A program made the position numbers and the translations under genes. The notes beneath the pieces were generated by a model, which saw nothing but the letters and a program-made list of their open reading frames with translations, had not been told where the DNA came from and searched no databases. From the NCBI RefSeq assembly GCF_036626455.1, contig NZ_JAZKRK010000006.1:2380-66379 (forward strand): a stretch of DNA of 64,000 nt, written 5' to 3'. Each line of letters opens with the position of its first letter. Position 1 is the stretch's first letter. Below are positions 52,995-62,714 of this stretch, piece by piece. This stretch comes from Halodesulfurarchaeum sp. Its GTDB lineage: Archaea > Halobacteriota > Halobacteria > Halobacteriales > Halobacteriaceae.

Positions 52995-54317
52995 ATGGAG
53001 GGCATCGCTGAGGAACCTGTGATTTACGTCATCAGCGACCTCCACATCGGTGGCGACGAGCAACTCGAAACTGTTGAGTTCCTCGACGAACTCCTGGATT
53101 TCCTCGAAACAATAGAAAACGAGGAGGCAGTCACCGAACTCATCATCAACGGCGACGCCTTCGGACTCTGGGAGTTCACCACAGTCGATGGGATCGAGAA
53201 GTTCGATCGACTGGAAACAACCTATCCGGAGCTTTTCGAACAGTTCCGTGCCACCGGAAGCAACATCAATATCACCCTGATCCCGGGGAACCACGATCAC
53301 GAACTCGCTGCGGAGGACGCCTACATCGACCGCTTCGCGGAGTACAACGTCGAGGTGGTCCAGGAACAGTCGATCACACGAACCATCGACGGGCACACGC
53401 TTCACTTCGAACACGGCAATCAACAGGACCCGAACAATCGGATTACAGACTGGGGGAACCCCCACGTCACGCCCCTTGGATATTACTACAACACGCGAGT
53501 GACCAGTCGGGCCGGGAAACTCTCTCATCGGGGCCGTTACAACTGGCTCAAAGACGTACAGGCAGTGACCCCAACCGAGCGGATGCCCATATGGCTCATC
53601 TCACAATACTTCTATCGCGAGATGAATCCAGTCATTCGATACGCGCTCGTCCCGTTCCTGCTGCTATTCAATATCAGTGCCGTCCTGGCGATCCTCGCGG
53701 GGTTGGATCTGCTCGGAATCTGGTCGACACCGGTCACCTGGGCCACCGCGTTTCTCGGTCAGTTCGGCGTCGCAGGAACAGCTGTCTGGTTTCTCCTGGC
53801 GATCAACGTCTCAGTTGCAGGGTTGCTCGTTCTCGTCGGAGTCCCACTATATCTCCTCCGTCGAGACGTTCGGAAAACTATCGATCGGTTTGGGGTCTTT
53901 GAAACGGAACTCACTGTCGATGATGCCGCTCCCTATGAAGAGGCTGCCCAGGACCTCTTCGAGAGGGATCCGGAGACCGTGCTGTACGCCTATGGGCATA
54001 CACACCGGCCACGACTCGAGCAGGTCAAAGGTGGCCTGATCGTCAACAGTGGGACCTGGCTCAAGCGATTCCATCGACGTGATGGTGTGATCGGGATTCT
54101 CCCACCTGTGTTCTATCCAACATACCAGTTGGCGGCTGTCCGGATCGCTGCCGGCACGGACGGAATCCACATCAACTTCGAATCGATCGAAAAACCCACC
54201 CCCGGTCCCGAGGACCTCACGCTCACCGAGCGCTTGCTCACCCTCGGACGAAAACCGGATCCCGAACTCCCGGACGGTACGGTCATTTCGTCAGACGGGC
54301 CCGAGCAGTCCCCGTGA
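52995..54317 (+). CDS. Calcineurin-like metallophosphoesterase with a membrane-spanning insertion
   Basis: 440 aa. Motifs SDLHIGGD, NGDAFGLWE, PGNHDHE and FEHGNQQD occur before residue 145. About 4 TM helices span residues 198-288. The last motif, YGHTHRP, lies near residue 334. Confidence 0.8.
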   Translation: MEGIAEEPVIYVISDLHIGGDEQLETVEFLDELLDFLETIENEEAVTELIINGDAFGLWEFTTVDGIEKFDRLETTYPELFEQFRATGSNINITLIPGNHDHELAAEDAYIDRFAEYNVEVVQEQSITRTIDGHTLHFEHGNQQDPNNRITDWGNPHVTPLGYYYNTRVTSRAGKLSHRGRYNWLKDVQAVTPTERMPIWLISQYFYREMNPVIRYALVPFLLLFNISAVLAILAGLDLLGIWSTPVTWATAFLGQFGVAGTAVWFLLAINVSVAGLLVLVGVPLYLLRRDVRKTIDRFGVFETELTVDDAAPYEEAAQDLFERDPETVLYAYGHTHRPRLEQVKGGLIVNSGTWLKRFHRRDGVIGILPPVFYPTYQLAAVRIAAGTDGIHINFESIEKPTPGPEDLTLTERLLTLGRKPDPELPDGTVISSDGPEQSP

Positions 54318-54327
54318 CTGAGAGGAC

Positions 54328-54462
54328 CTACAGCCAAACGATCAGGAACGGAATGATGAACAGCACGACCAGGATGAGCGCCAGCATCCCCACGTATCCG
54401 ATCCCCATCCCGATAATCGAGAGCCACGACTCGTGTTTGAACTGGTCGACGGTGAGATCCAT
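54328..54462 (-). CDS. Possible 44-aa single/double-TM micro-protein
   Basis: Own translation: MDLTVDQFKHESWLSIIGMGIGYVGMLALILVVLFIIPFLIVWL*. It is below the ORF-track cutoff, and no homology check was possible. Confidence 0.3.
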   Translation of the reverse strand: MDLTVDQFKHESWLSIIGMGIGYVGMLALILVVLFIIPFLIVWL

Positions 54463-54486
54463 ACCGATGCTTGGAGGGGCCCCTAG

Positions 54487-54702
54487 TTAATTTGTACTGT
54501 TTTTCGTCTGTAGAATGTCATCGATCCGTCGCGGTTCCCCAGTGAGGTCGGGGTTCGGTTCCACGAGTTGCAGAACCTCGTGATCTGTCACCGCTTCGAA
54601 GGACTTGCCTGTTGCGTCCTCGATGAGAACCCGCTCGATCCGAAACTCCGTCCCCTGATAGACCACGTCAACGCCAGCTTCGTCGAAGGAGAGAACTGTC
54701 AT
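54487..54702 (-). CDS. Small soluble acidic protein, unknown function
   Basis: 71 aa: MTVLSFDEAGVDVVYQGTEFRIERVLIEDATGKSFEAVTDHEVLQLVEPNPD.... It has a haloarchaeal-like composition. Confidence 0.5.
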   Translation of the reverse strand: MTVLSFDEAGVDVVYQGTEFRIERVLIEDATGKSFEAVTDHEVLQLVEPNPDLTGEPRRIDDILQTKNSTN

Positions 54703-54800
54703 AGAAGGGATTTCGCCGGTCTTCGTCTTAAGGAACCCGGGTCGTATACCGTCTCGGAAGCGGTTTGCAACGAGGCTCAGGAGGTCGCCTCGGGGCCTTT

Positions 54801-55673
54801 ATGCCCGTGGGAATATTCGGGCGAGGTGTGCTCGCGACCGATCCGATCGACCAACTCACGATTCCCAACGGGACGGAGGTTCAGGAACACGATCTCGTTA
54901 CCGACGGGGACGTTCTCATCGGCGGCGGAAGTACCGTCGAATTCGGGCTCCGCGGACGCAGCCTGGTCGCCGGCGAACGGGTCTCGTTCAATGGCGACAT
55001 CGAAATGGAAGGTGACTGCCGACTCGACATGTGGTGCGAAGCGGATGGCAACATCCTCGTCGGCGAGGACGCGTATCTAGGCGAACGCGTCTCCGTGACG
55101 GGCCGACTAGTGGTCGGCGGCGATCTCGATATCGGTGACGACGTCGATATCGAGGAGGGATTCGAGGCAAACGGGTGGATCGTCATCCGCAATCCCATGC
55201 CCACGGTCGTCTTTTTCATGATCTATCTCACACATCTCCTCCGCCTGGGCGAGGCCGAAGAAGCCGAATCCCTCGTCGAGGAACTGAGTGCCAACCCCGA
55301 TATGGATCCCGTCCGTATTCCACACAACGCCACCGTCAGTGACGACGTTTGGCGCGTTTCGACGCCGGCAACGGTCGGAAACGACTGCCGCCTCCATGGG
55401 AACATTCGCGCCGAAGAGATCACGGTCGGCGAGGATAACGATGTCTTTGGGAGCCTCCGGGCCAGAGGCGACATCACCGTCGGCAGTGGAACCACTGTTC
55501 ACGGAGACGTGACCACCAGAAACGGCAATATTACCGTGCAAGAGAACGCAACAGTCCTTGGAGATGTTTCAGGCACTGACGTGATCCTTAGCCGCGACGC
55601 CGACGTCGACGGAACGATCAGGGCCACCGGTGCGATGCAACTCGACGGAACAACTGAGCGAGAGCCGGAATGA
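54801..55673 (+). CDS. Polymer-forming cytoskeletal (bactofilin/DUF583-like) protein with two beta-helix halves and a central hydrophobic segment; halofilin-like
   Basis: ORF track gives 54765..55673 (TTG). The ATG at 54801 gives MPVGIFGRGV.... Repetitive G-D/N-V/I turns (GDVLIGGGSTV, GERVSFNGDIEMEGD, GNILVGEDAYLGERVSVTG, GDITVGSGTTVHGDVTTRNGNITV) flank NPMPTVVFFMIYLTHLL. Confidence 0.65.
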   Translation: MPVGIFGRGVLATDPIDQLTIPNGTEVQEHDLVTDGDVLIGGGSTVEFGLRGRSLVAGERVSFNGDIEMEGDCRLDMWCEADGNILVGEDAYLGERVSVTGRLVVGGDLDIGDDVDIEEGFEANGWIVIRNPMPTVVFFMIYLTHLLRLGEAEEAESLVEELSANPDMDPVRIPHNATVSDDVWRVSTPATVGNDCRLHGNIRAEEITVGEDNDVFGSLRARGDITVGSGTTVHGDVTTRNGNITVQENATVLGDVSGTDVILSRDADVDGTIRATGAMQLDGTTEREPE

Positions 55674-55728
55674 CTCGATTGCACTGCCGACCGAAAGGGT
55701 ATTTCCCTCGCTCCCGATAGCATTTTAT

Positions 55729-56910
55729 ATGCTCTCGCTGGCTCTTGCCGGAAAACCCAACGCCGGCAAGTCCACCTTCTACACCGCAGCCACGATGGCC
55801 GAGGTCGATGTGGCAAACTACCCGTTTACCACGATCGACGGGAACCGAGGGGTCTCACACGTTCGGACCGACTGCCCCTGTCTCGATCTCGAGGAGCGGT
55901 GTGACAACGAGACGTGCCACGATGGGAAACGCTATGTTCCCGTGGAACTCCTCGACGTAGCCGGACTCGTTCCTGGTGCTCACGATGGCCGTGGCCTCGG
56001 GAACCAGTTTCTCGACGAATTGACCGACGCCGACGCGATTCTCAACATCGTGGACGCGTCAGGCGGAACGAACGCAGAAGGCGAGCCGGTCGAAGTTGGA
56101 AGTCATGACCCGCTCGAGGACGTGGATTTCATCGAGCGGGAGATGGACCTGTGGCTTGCCTCGATCGTCGACCGGAACTGGGAGTCGATCGAACGTCAGG
56201 CCCGCTCTCCCGGCTTCGACATCGACGAGGCACTCACCGAGATGCTCACCGGGTTCGGCGCGACGACCGCTGATGTCGCGGCCAGCCTCCGTGAACTCGA
56301 CTATCCCGAGGACCCCGCAAAGTGGACGGATGAGCAGCGTGAGGCGCTCGCCGTTGAGATCCGAACGCGGACAAAGCCGATTGTCGTCGTTGCGAACAAA
56401 ATCGACGTCGCACCCTCAGAAAACGTCGAAGCGCTGTTGAATCTCGATCGGCCTGTTGTCCCCGCGACAGCAGAGGGTGAAGTCGCGCTCCGTCGCGGAG
56501 TCGAACAGGGCGTGATCGATTACGACCCTGGAGACGCGTCCTTTTCCGTTGGTGCCAAACTGGACTCGGGAACCCAATCGACCCTCGATGCGCTCGAAGA
56601 AACGATGGAGCAGTGGGACGGAACTGGCGTTCAGGCAGCCCTCAAAACGGCCGTATACGACCTTCTCGATCACATTACTGTGTTTCCCGTCCAAGATCCG
56701 ACACACTGGACCGACGCACATGGAAACGTGCTCCCAGACGCCTTGTTGCTCCCACGAGGCTCAACCCCCCGCGATCTCGCATTTGCGGTTCACTCGGACA
56801 TCGGTGAGGGCTATCTCCACGCACTCGATGCCCGGTCCAACCGTGATGTCGGTGAGGAATACGAACTCACAGAAGGTGATGTTATCAAAATTGTCAGCAC
56901 GGCAAATTGA
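55729..56910 (+). CDS. Obg-family GTPase (YchF/DRG-like) with a C-terminal TGS domain
   Basis: ORF track gives 55630..56910. The ATG at 55729 gives MLSLALAGKPNAGKST (G1). Also YPFTT (G2), DVAGLV (G3) and ANKID (G4). The C-terminal ...GDVIKIVS is TGS-like. Confidence 0.85.
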   Translation: MLSLALAGKPNAGKSTFYTAATMAEVDVANYPFTTIDGNRGVSHVRTDCPCLDLEERCDNETCHDGKRYVPVELLDVAGLVPGAHDGRGLGNQFLDELTDADAILNIVDASGGTNAEGEPVEVGSHDPLEDVDFIEREMDLWLASIVDRNWESIERQARSPGFDIDEALTEMLTGFGATTADVAASLRELDYPEDPAKWTDEQREALAVEIRTRTKPIVVVANKIDVAPSENVEALLNLDRPVVPATAEGEVALRRGVEQGVIDYDPGDASFSVGAKLDSGTQSTLDALEETMEQWDGTGVQAALKTAVYDLLDHITVFPVQDPTHWTDAHGNVLPDALLLPRGSTPRDLAFAVHSDIGEGYLHALDARSNRDVGEEYELTEGDVIKIVSTAN

Positions 56911-56970
56911 CCTCGGAGATCGCTGTCAGCAATTTTAAGCAAGCGGCCCGGAAACCGTCAGAAGACCTGA

Positions 56971-58197
56971 ATGGACTGGCGACATCGACTCGAAGACGCG
57001 ACTGCTACGGTTGGATACGGTCCGGTGGGATTGCTCGTGACTGGCTGGCTGCTCTGGCTGTTCATCGGCGCCTGGGCAATTACCCCCTCAAGTGTTCTAC
57101 CGCTGACAATGGAGGCCTTCGAAATCCAGGAGACTGCGGCCGCCTGGATCATAACGGCCCCCCAACTTGCGGCCGTCGTGGCTGGCCTCCCAGTGGGGAT
57201 GGCCCTTGACCGAATCGACAAAGGGCGGGCCGTCCTCCTCTCGTCCTTGCTTTTGGTCGTTGTCGGCCTCATCAATTCAGCAGTGGCTGCCGGGGACGCC
57301 TATTATGCCTTACTCGGAAGCCGGGTAATCGGCGGATTCGGACTCGTAACGATCTGGATCGCCCAAACCGCGATGATTACCCGTGCTTTCCCGGCCAAAC
57401 GGGAGGCAACTGCAGTGAGTCTGTTTGTCACCGGGTATCCCTCCGGCTACGCCTTCGGACAGTTCATGGGCCCAGTCGTTGCAAACGCACTGGACTGGAC
57501 GGCGACTTTTGGGGTGTTTACCACCCTGGGCTTCGTGTTCGGAGCGGGATTTTACCTGATCGATCGACGAGTCAAAGCCACCGAAACGGTTGGGTCGGCC
57601 CCGAGCACCTCGGACCTCCGAAAGGCACTCATGAACCGGGGGGTCTGGGGAGTCGGACTCATCTCGTTGCTTTCCTACATGATTTACATGATCTACAACA
57701 GTTGGATGCCGACCTATCTCACCTCGACGTTTGAAATCGAACTGGCTCTTGGAGGACTGCTGACGGCTCTTTTCCCGGCCATCGGACTCCTTGCCCGACC
57801 AGGAGGTGGCCTGCTCTCCGAGCAGGTGTTCGGTGGCCGTTCGTTTCCGATGATCGCCATCTCTTTTGCCGGATCAGGACTTGTCGCCGTCGGAATGATT
57901 CTCAGCAAGCGCCTCGTGGTGGTAGCAGGCGGGTTAGTCGTCGCCGGGTTTGCGATCCAACTCCAGTTCGGCCTCTTGTACACGCTCGTCCAGCGGTACG
58001 TCCCCAGAAACGTCGGCGGGACAGCGGTCTCGGTCGTGAGTGCAGTCGGATGGCTCGGAACCTTCGTCGGGCCCCCAATCCTGGGTGCAGTCATCGAAAC
58101 CACAGGGAATTACGGCTCCGTGTTTACCGGGGCCGTGTTGCTCGCACTCGGTGGCATAGTGACGATTCTGGTCCTGACCGAGCCGCCGGTCAGATGA
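56971..58197 (+). CDS. MFS transporter
   Basis: 408 aa with about 12 TM helices. A loop motif GMALDRIDKGR lies between TM2 and TM3. Confidence 0.85.
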   Translation: MDWRHRLEDATATVGYGPVGLLVTGWLLWLFIGAWAITPSSVLPLTMEAFEIQETAAAWIITAPQLAAVVAGLPVGMALDRIDKGRAVLLSSLLLVVVGLINSAVAAGDAYYALLGSRVIGGFGLVTIWIAQTAMITRAFPAKREATAVSLFVTGYPSGYAFGQFMGPVVANALDWTATFGVFTTLGFVFGAGFYLIDRRVKATETVGSAPSTSDLRKALMNRGVWGVGLISLLSYMIYMIYNSWMPTYLTSTFEIELALGGLLTALFPAIGLLARPGGGLLSEQVFGGRSFPMIAISFAGSGLVAVGMILSKRLVVVAGGLVVAGFAIQLQFGLLYTLVQRYVPRNVGGTAVSVVSAVGWLGTFVGPPILGAVIETTGNYGSVFTGAVLLALGGIVTILVLTEPPVR

Positions 58198-58203
58198 GAC
58201 CGA

Positions 58204-59325
58204 TTACGAGACGGCCTGCGTCGCGTCTCGCATGACATCCAAGGCCTCACGGATCGTTTCCAAATCCGTCGCATACGAGATCCTGGCGTACCCCGATCCG
58301 GCGTCACCGAAGGCCGACCCGGGAACCACGATGACGCCTCGTTCGATGACCGCATCGACCCATCCCGCAGGCACTTCTGGCATGACGTAGAACGCGCCCC
58401 GCGGTTCCGGCACGCTAAGCCCCATGTCTTCAAGCCCGGACCGAAGTACATCTCGGCGGGTTTCAAACGCTTCAACCATGTCCTCGACTTGCTCTTGGGG
58501 TCCCCGAAGCGCCGCTTCGGCAGCGTGCTGGGCCGGCGCACTGGCACACGCTTGGATGTACTGATGAACACGGAGCATTCGTTCGATTCGCGCTTCACTG
58601 GCAACGACCCACCCGAGCCGCCACCCTGTCATCGAGTACGTCTTCGAGGCGGCATTGATTACCACGACGTTGTCCGAGTCGGCAAATTCCATGGGCGAAC
58701 GATGCGTACCCTCGAAGACGATCTGTTCGTACACCTCATCTGAAATAAGGAGGACGTCATATTCGTCCGCAATACGGGCGAAAGCACGCATATCCGACGG
58801 TGGCTGGACGGCACCGGTTGGATTCGCCGGACTGTTGATGATAATCGCGGCCGTATCCGGGGTGATTCGCTCTTCCACGGCTGCTGGTGAGAGAGTGAGG
58901 TCATCGCGGAGCGGCACAGAGACAGGAGTACCACCGGCCAGTTTCGTCAACGCGGAGTACGAAACAAAACCCGGGTCTGGGTGCAAAACCTCATCACCCG
59001 AATCAACATGGGCTTCGAGAGCCAGATGAAGGGCTTCACTCCCACCAGCCGTCGCAATGACCTGCTCGCGGGATACGTCAAGATCGTTGTCTCGGGCATG
59101 TTTCTCTCGGATGGCATCTCGAAGTGATTCAGTCCCGAAATTCGAGGTGTAGGCGTCAGCCTTCCCTGTTTCGATAGCCTCGACAGCGGCTGCCCGGGCA
59201 TGCTCCGGCGTCGGGAAATCCGGTTGCCCGAGACCCAGGTTGATCGCCTCACTGCCGGCCGCTTCGAACACTTCTCGGATGCCGCTGATCGAGACCGATT
59301 CGACGCGACGTGAGAACTCCACCAT
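58204..59325 (-). CDS. Pyridoxal-phosphate-dependent aminotransferase (class I/II, aspartate aminotransferase-like)
   Basis: 373 aa. Contains ...NLGLGQPDFPTP..., ...INSPANPTG... and the PLP-Lys context NAASKTYSMTGWRLG. Confidence 0.9.
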   Translation of the reverse strand: MVEFSRRVESVSISGIREVFEAAGSEAINLGLGQPDFPTPEHARAAAVEAIETGKADAYTSNFGTESLRDAIREKHARDNDLDVSREQVIATAGGSEALHLALEAHVDSGDEVLHPDPGFVSYSALTKLAGGTPVSVPLRDDLTLSPAAVEERITPDTAAIIINSPANPTGAVQPPSDMRAFARIADEYDVLLISDEVYEQIVFEGTHRSPMEFADSDNVVVINAASKTYSMTGWRLGWVVASEARIERMLRVHQYIQACASAPAQHAAEAALRGPQEQVEDMVEAFETRRDVLRSGLEDMGLSVPEPRGAFYVMPEVPAGWVDAVIERGVIVVPGSAFGDAGSGYARISYATDLETIREALDVMRDATQAVS

Positions 59326-59373
59326 GCCTTGTTGGGCGGGCAGTCGCCTGTTAAGTCTACGGAATCCTTCCTG

Positions 59374-60120
59374 CTATTGGTACATCCGCAACGGCTGGGC
59401 CTGACTACTCTCCTCCTCGCTGGCCTGTTGCATACGCTTTGCAAGGGCCTCCTTCTGTGTGCGGATCTCTTCGGCCCGTCCGACAAGGTCATCCGTCGGA
59501 ACGGAAATGTCTGCGATCGGTTCAATGCCGTTTGCAATGAGTTGGCGGGCCGCTGCAGGGTCCGGGAACTGTGGATCGCTTTCGACGATCAGCCCACAGG
59601 AATCGAGAGCACAGTGATGGGCCCGGTTGACAAGTGCGCCTGTCGGCCCACCAATCGCACCCCGTTCCTCAGGGGGCTGAATATTGTTCGCTTCCAATTG
59701 GTCGGCTGCCTCGCCAGTTGCGACGCCGAACACTGCAGGAAGCCGATCAGGTTTCGCCTCCTCGAGTGCCAAACCACTCAAAAAGAGGGGGAACGCCTCG
59801 ACCTGATCGATCCAGTCAACCAACGTTTCGGCAAAATTAGGCGCGGTCTGTCGAGAGACCGGGACATCACTCTGGAGGGCGAGCAAGTCCCGTGTTTCGG
59901 TTGCGTAAATCCTGACCGGAGTACCGACATCGTGTTCCCCCTCGCCATAGATGGCGATTTTCGGCAAGCCATCACAAGCTACGTACCCGACTGCGTCCAT
60001 ATCGAGTGTCTCGATGATGTGATCAGTTGCGATCTTCCCGACGAGACCGACCCCTGGCAACCCTTCGATCATCTTCGGTCGGTCAAGATCCACGTCGTGG
60101 TTCAGTACAACAGATCCCAT
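59374..60120 (-). CDS. Proteasome assembly chaperone (PAC2) family protein
   Basis: ORF track gives 59374..60276. The ATG at 60120 gives MGSVVLNHDVDLDRPKMIEGLPGVGLVGKIATDHII..., typical of archaeal PAC2. Confidence 0.7.
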   Translation of the reverse strand: MGSVVLNHDVDLDRPKMIEGLPGVGLVGKIATDHIIETLDMDAVGYVACDGLPKIAIYGEGEHDVGTPVRIYATETRDLLALQSDVPVSRQTAPNFAETLVDWIDQVEAFPLFLSGLALEEAKPDRLPAVFGVATGEAADQLEANNIQPPEERGAIGGPTGALVNRAHHCALDSCGLIVESDPQFPDPAAARQLIANGIEPIADISVPTDDLVGRAEEIRTQKEALAKRMQQASEEESSQAQPLRMYQ

Positions 60121-60211
60121 ACGACAAATTCGTTTTCCGTAGGGTTGTAGCTTGGGTTGCCGTAACACGGCTCCGTAACACCTTAACCGACACCCACCAA
60201 AGCCGGGTCGA

Positions 60212-61120
60212 ATGGAATCCCTCCGGCGGTACGAGTCCATCGTCCCGAACTTCGACGCGTTCCGAACCGCACTCACGCGGCCGTTGCCAACAACGGTCCG
60301 GGTGAATACGATTCAAGCCACGCCCCAGCGTGTAATTGACGCTTTCGAAGACGCCGACATCCGCGTCAAGCAGCGAGAAACCCAGGAAACTCTGCTCGAA
60401 GTTGGGACGAACAAACCCGGAAACACCTGGGCCCACGTCCACGGCTGGATTCACGGCCAGGAGGAGGTATCGACGATTCCACCCCGCGTTCTCGATCCGG
60501 ACCCTGGAGACACTGTTTGGGCTGCCGCCGCCGCGCCAGGTGGGAAAGCCACCCAAATTGCTGCACGCATGGATGATCGCGGCCTCGTCATCGCGAATGA
60601 CGATAATCTCGGCCGGTTGTCGGCGCTGCGGTCGAACGCCGACCGGCTTGGTGTGACCTCGATGGCGGTCACCAACCAGGACGCTCGCAATTTCAGTTTC
60701 AATCCCATCGGCATCGAAGGGGTCGACCACGCACTGGTGGACGCTCCATGCACATGTGAAGGGACTCTGCGAAAGAATCCAGACGCCCTCGATGATGCTG
60801 GGCCAGGTGCAAGTCAGAATCTCGCAACGGTCCAACGGGATATTCTCGTTCGTGCGATCAAAGCAACCCGTCACGGTGGAACAGTAGTATATTCGACGTG
60901 TACTTTCGCGCCGGAAGAAAACGAGTCAGTGGTCGATGCCGCCATCACGGAGACTGCAGCCCACGTCGTCGACTTCGAAACCCGACTTCCGACTGAACCC
61001 GGTCTCAAATCCTGGGATGGAACCGATTTCCATCCAACTCTCGAGAAAACCAAACGGTATTATCCACATCAAACCGACACTGGTGGCTTCTACGTCGCGA
61101 AACTGGAGGTGGGGCAATGA
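60212..61120 (+). CDS. NOL1/NOP2/Sun-family RNA cytosine-C5 methyltransferase
   Basis: 302 aa. SAM motif AAAPGGKATQ and catalytic motifs DAPCTCEGT and YSTCTFAPEENE. Confidence 0.9.
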   Translation: MESLRRYESIVPNFDAFRTALTRPLPTTVRVNTIQATPQRVIDAFEDADIRVKQRETQETLLEVGTNKPGNTWAHVHGWIHGQEEVSTIPPRVLDPDPGDTVWAAAAAPGGKATQIAARMDDRGLVIANDDNLGRLSALRSNADRLGVTSMAVTNQDARNFSFNPIGIEGVDHALVDAPCTCEGTLRKNPDALDDAGPGASQNLATVQRDILVRAIKATRHGGTVVYSTCTFAPEENESVVDAAITETAAHVVDFETRLPTEPGLKSWDGTDFHPTLEKTKRYYPHQTDTGGFYVAKLEVGQ

Positions 61121-61650
61121 CGGGAGAGAATCAGAGCGATACATTCGAACGTGTTCCCGAAACAGCGGCCGACAGACAGGTCGAGGGACGCCCAACTCGG
61201 CCAGAAGTGCTCGAATACTGGGCCGACCGGTTCGACATTCCGCCTGAAACGTTCGACGGAGTCACGTTCTGGGAGAAAGGGGCCGGCCGTATCTGGGCAC
61301 TCAGTAACGACCTGGATGGCCCGGTGCCGATCCAAGCACTCGGACTCCCGGTGTTACGAACCCGACAGGAGTTCTGGAAACCGACGACGATCGCTGCCAG
61401 GCGGTTTGGAGCGAGTGCATCAAAGAACGTCATCCAGCTCGATGCGCCCACTGCACGTCGATTTCTCGCCGGGGACGACCAGGAGGTACCCTGGGATGGT
61501 GATTGGGGCTACCTGATAATCACCCACGAGGTCGCTGACAGTTTCGAACCGATCGGGGTCGGTCGGTACACATACGGCTCCCTGCAGTCGATGCTTCCCA
61601 AGGGGCGCCGCCGAAAGTTCGAGGAAGGGGAAAGTATTTCCAAGACCTAA
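61117..61650 (+). CDS. Conserved protein translationally coupled to the NOP2/Sun methyltransferase (possible PUA/RsmF-C-terminal-like accessory domain)
   Basis: 177 aa with an ATGA overlap at 61117-61120. The domain call is tentative and based on context only. Confidence 0.5.
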   Translation: MTGENQSDTFERVPETAADRQVEGRPTRPEVLEYWADRFDIPPETFDGVTFWEKGAGRIWALSNDLDGPVPIQALGLPVLRTRQEFWKPTTIAARRFGASASKNVIQLDAPTARRFLAGDDQEVPWDGDWGYLIITHEVADSFEPIGVGRYTYGSLQSMLPKGRRRKFEEGESISKT

Positions 61651-61664
61651 ACCAAAATCCGCCG

Positions 61665-62012
61665 ATGGAACGTCGGACGGTACTTCGAGCTACTGGGACA
61701 GTGCTCCTCGGCCTGACAGCAGGCTGTCTTGGAGACGACGAACCGGAATTCATGCTGCGAGTCGTCAACCAGAACTTCGGTGCTGGGCCCGATGGAAATT
61801 TGACCGTGTGGGTGACCGTTTCAAACCCCGGCAACGAACGCCAATCCGGAACGGTGTATGTCAAAGCTGACCTCAACGACGACTCGATGGTTCGCGTGCG
61901 CGATGTGACTCTCGATGCACACGAGACGACAGAGATACAGATCACGTATGACCAGGTATACGACGACGTTACGTCCTTTACCCTCGATGCGAGCGTCGAA
62001 GAAAGTGAGTGA
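61665..62012 (+). CDS. Secreted lipoprotein, unknown function
   Basis: 115 aa. Tat-like MERRTVLRATG plus the lipobox LTAGC. The beta-rich acidic body reads ...LTVWVTVSNPGNERQSGTVYVKADL.... Confidence 0.6.
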   Translation: MERRTVLRATGTVLLGLTAGCLGDDEPEFMLRVVNQNFGAGPDGNLTVWVTVSNPGNERQSGTVYVKADLNDDSMVRVRDVTLDAHETTEIQITYDQVYDDVTSFTLDASVEESE

Positions 62013-62072
62013 CACACATCCGTTCAGACGGATTTCTATATCCTTAAACCGCGCCAGTGGCTTTGCTCTCCC

Positions 62073-62714
62073 ATGAGCGAGTCCGAGGAGTCCACTGACC
62101 AGCCGCCGGATGCGGACGGTCCTGCAGACAAAACAGTCGTCGCCGAAGTCGCCGCATACGACGAGGAACTGGCCGAAGACGTCGGCGCTCTCCTCGAGCG
62201 AGTCACCGAACTCCAAGCGGACGTCGAAGCGGTCGAATCGGAGCTGGAAACAGCCGAGGAGCGACTCGAACGCACACGTGCAGACTTCAAGAATTACAAG
62301 GAGCGGGCCAAACGCCAGCAAGAAGAGATCAAAGAGCGGGCGACCGAAGACCTGGTCGAGCGCTTGCTGGAAGTCCGGGACAATGTGGGCCGGGCCTTGA
62401 ACGAAGAAGCGGATAACGTCGATTCGTTACGTGATGGTATCGAACTGACCCGAAAGCAGTTTGATCGCGTGCTTGCGGAAGAAGACGTCGAGCGAATCGA
62501 GCCCGAACCCGGGAACGAAGTGGACGCGACCAAACATGAAGTAATGATGCGCGTGGGAAGTGAGGAGCCCGAAGATGCGATTGCATCCGTATACAGACCG
62601 GGATACAAAATGGCTGACAAAATCCTTCGCCCAGCCCAGGTTACGGTGTCGGACGGTCCAGAGGAAACCGAATCAACGAGCGAAAGCCTCTCCTCGGAAG
62701 AAGCGGCGAAGTAA
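62073..62714 (+). CDS. grpE: Nucleotide exchange factor GrpE
   Basis: 213 aa. Contains ...RTRADFKNYKERAKRQ... and ...VYRPGYKMADKILRPAQVTV, typical of GrpE. It lies directly upstream of dnaK. Confidence 0.92.
   Translation: MSESEESTDQPPDADGPADKTVVAEVAAYDEELAEDVGALLERVTELQADVEAVESELETAEERLERTRADFKNYKERAKRQQEEIKERATEDLVERLLEVRDNVGRALNEEADNVDSLRDGIELTRKQFDRVLAEEDVERIEPEPGNEVDATKHEVMMRVGSEEPEDAIASVYRPGYKMADKILRPAQVTVSDGPEETESTSESLSSEEAAK

Noticed and set aside
51681-53528. 427-aa and 187-aa minus-strand ORFs opposite pan and the metallophosphoesterase
   Set aside because: They are antisense to genes with complete Walker or phosphoesterase motifs and carry no motifs of their own.
59329-60874. 273-aa plus-strand and 263-aa minus-strand ORFs overlapping the PAC2 and NOP2/Sun genes
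   Set aside because: They are antisense frames of well-supported genes, with non-halophilic composition.
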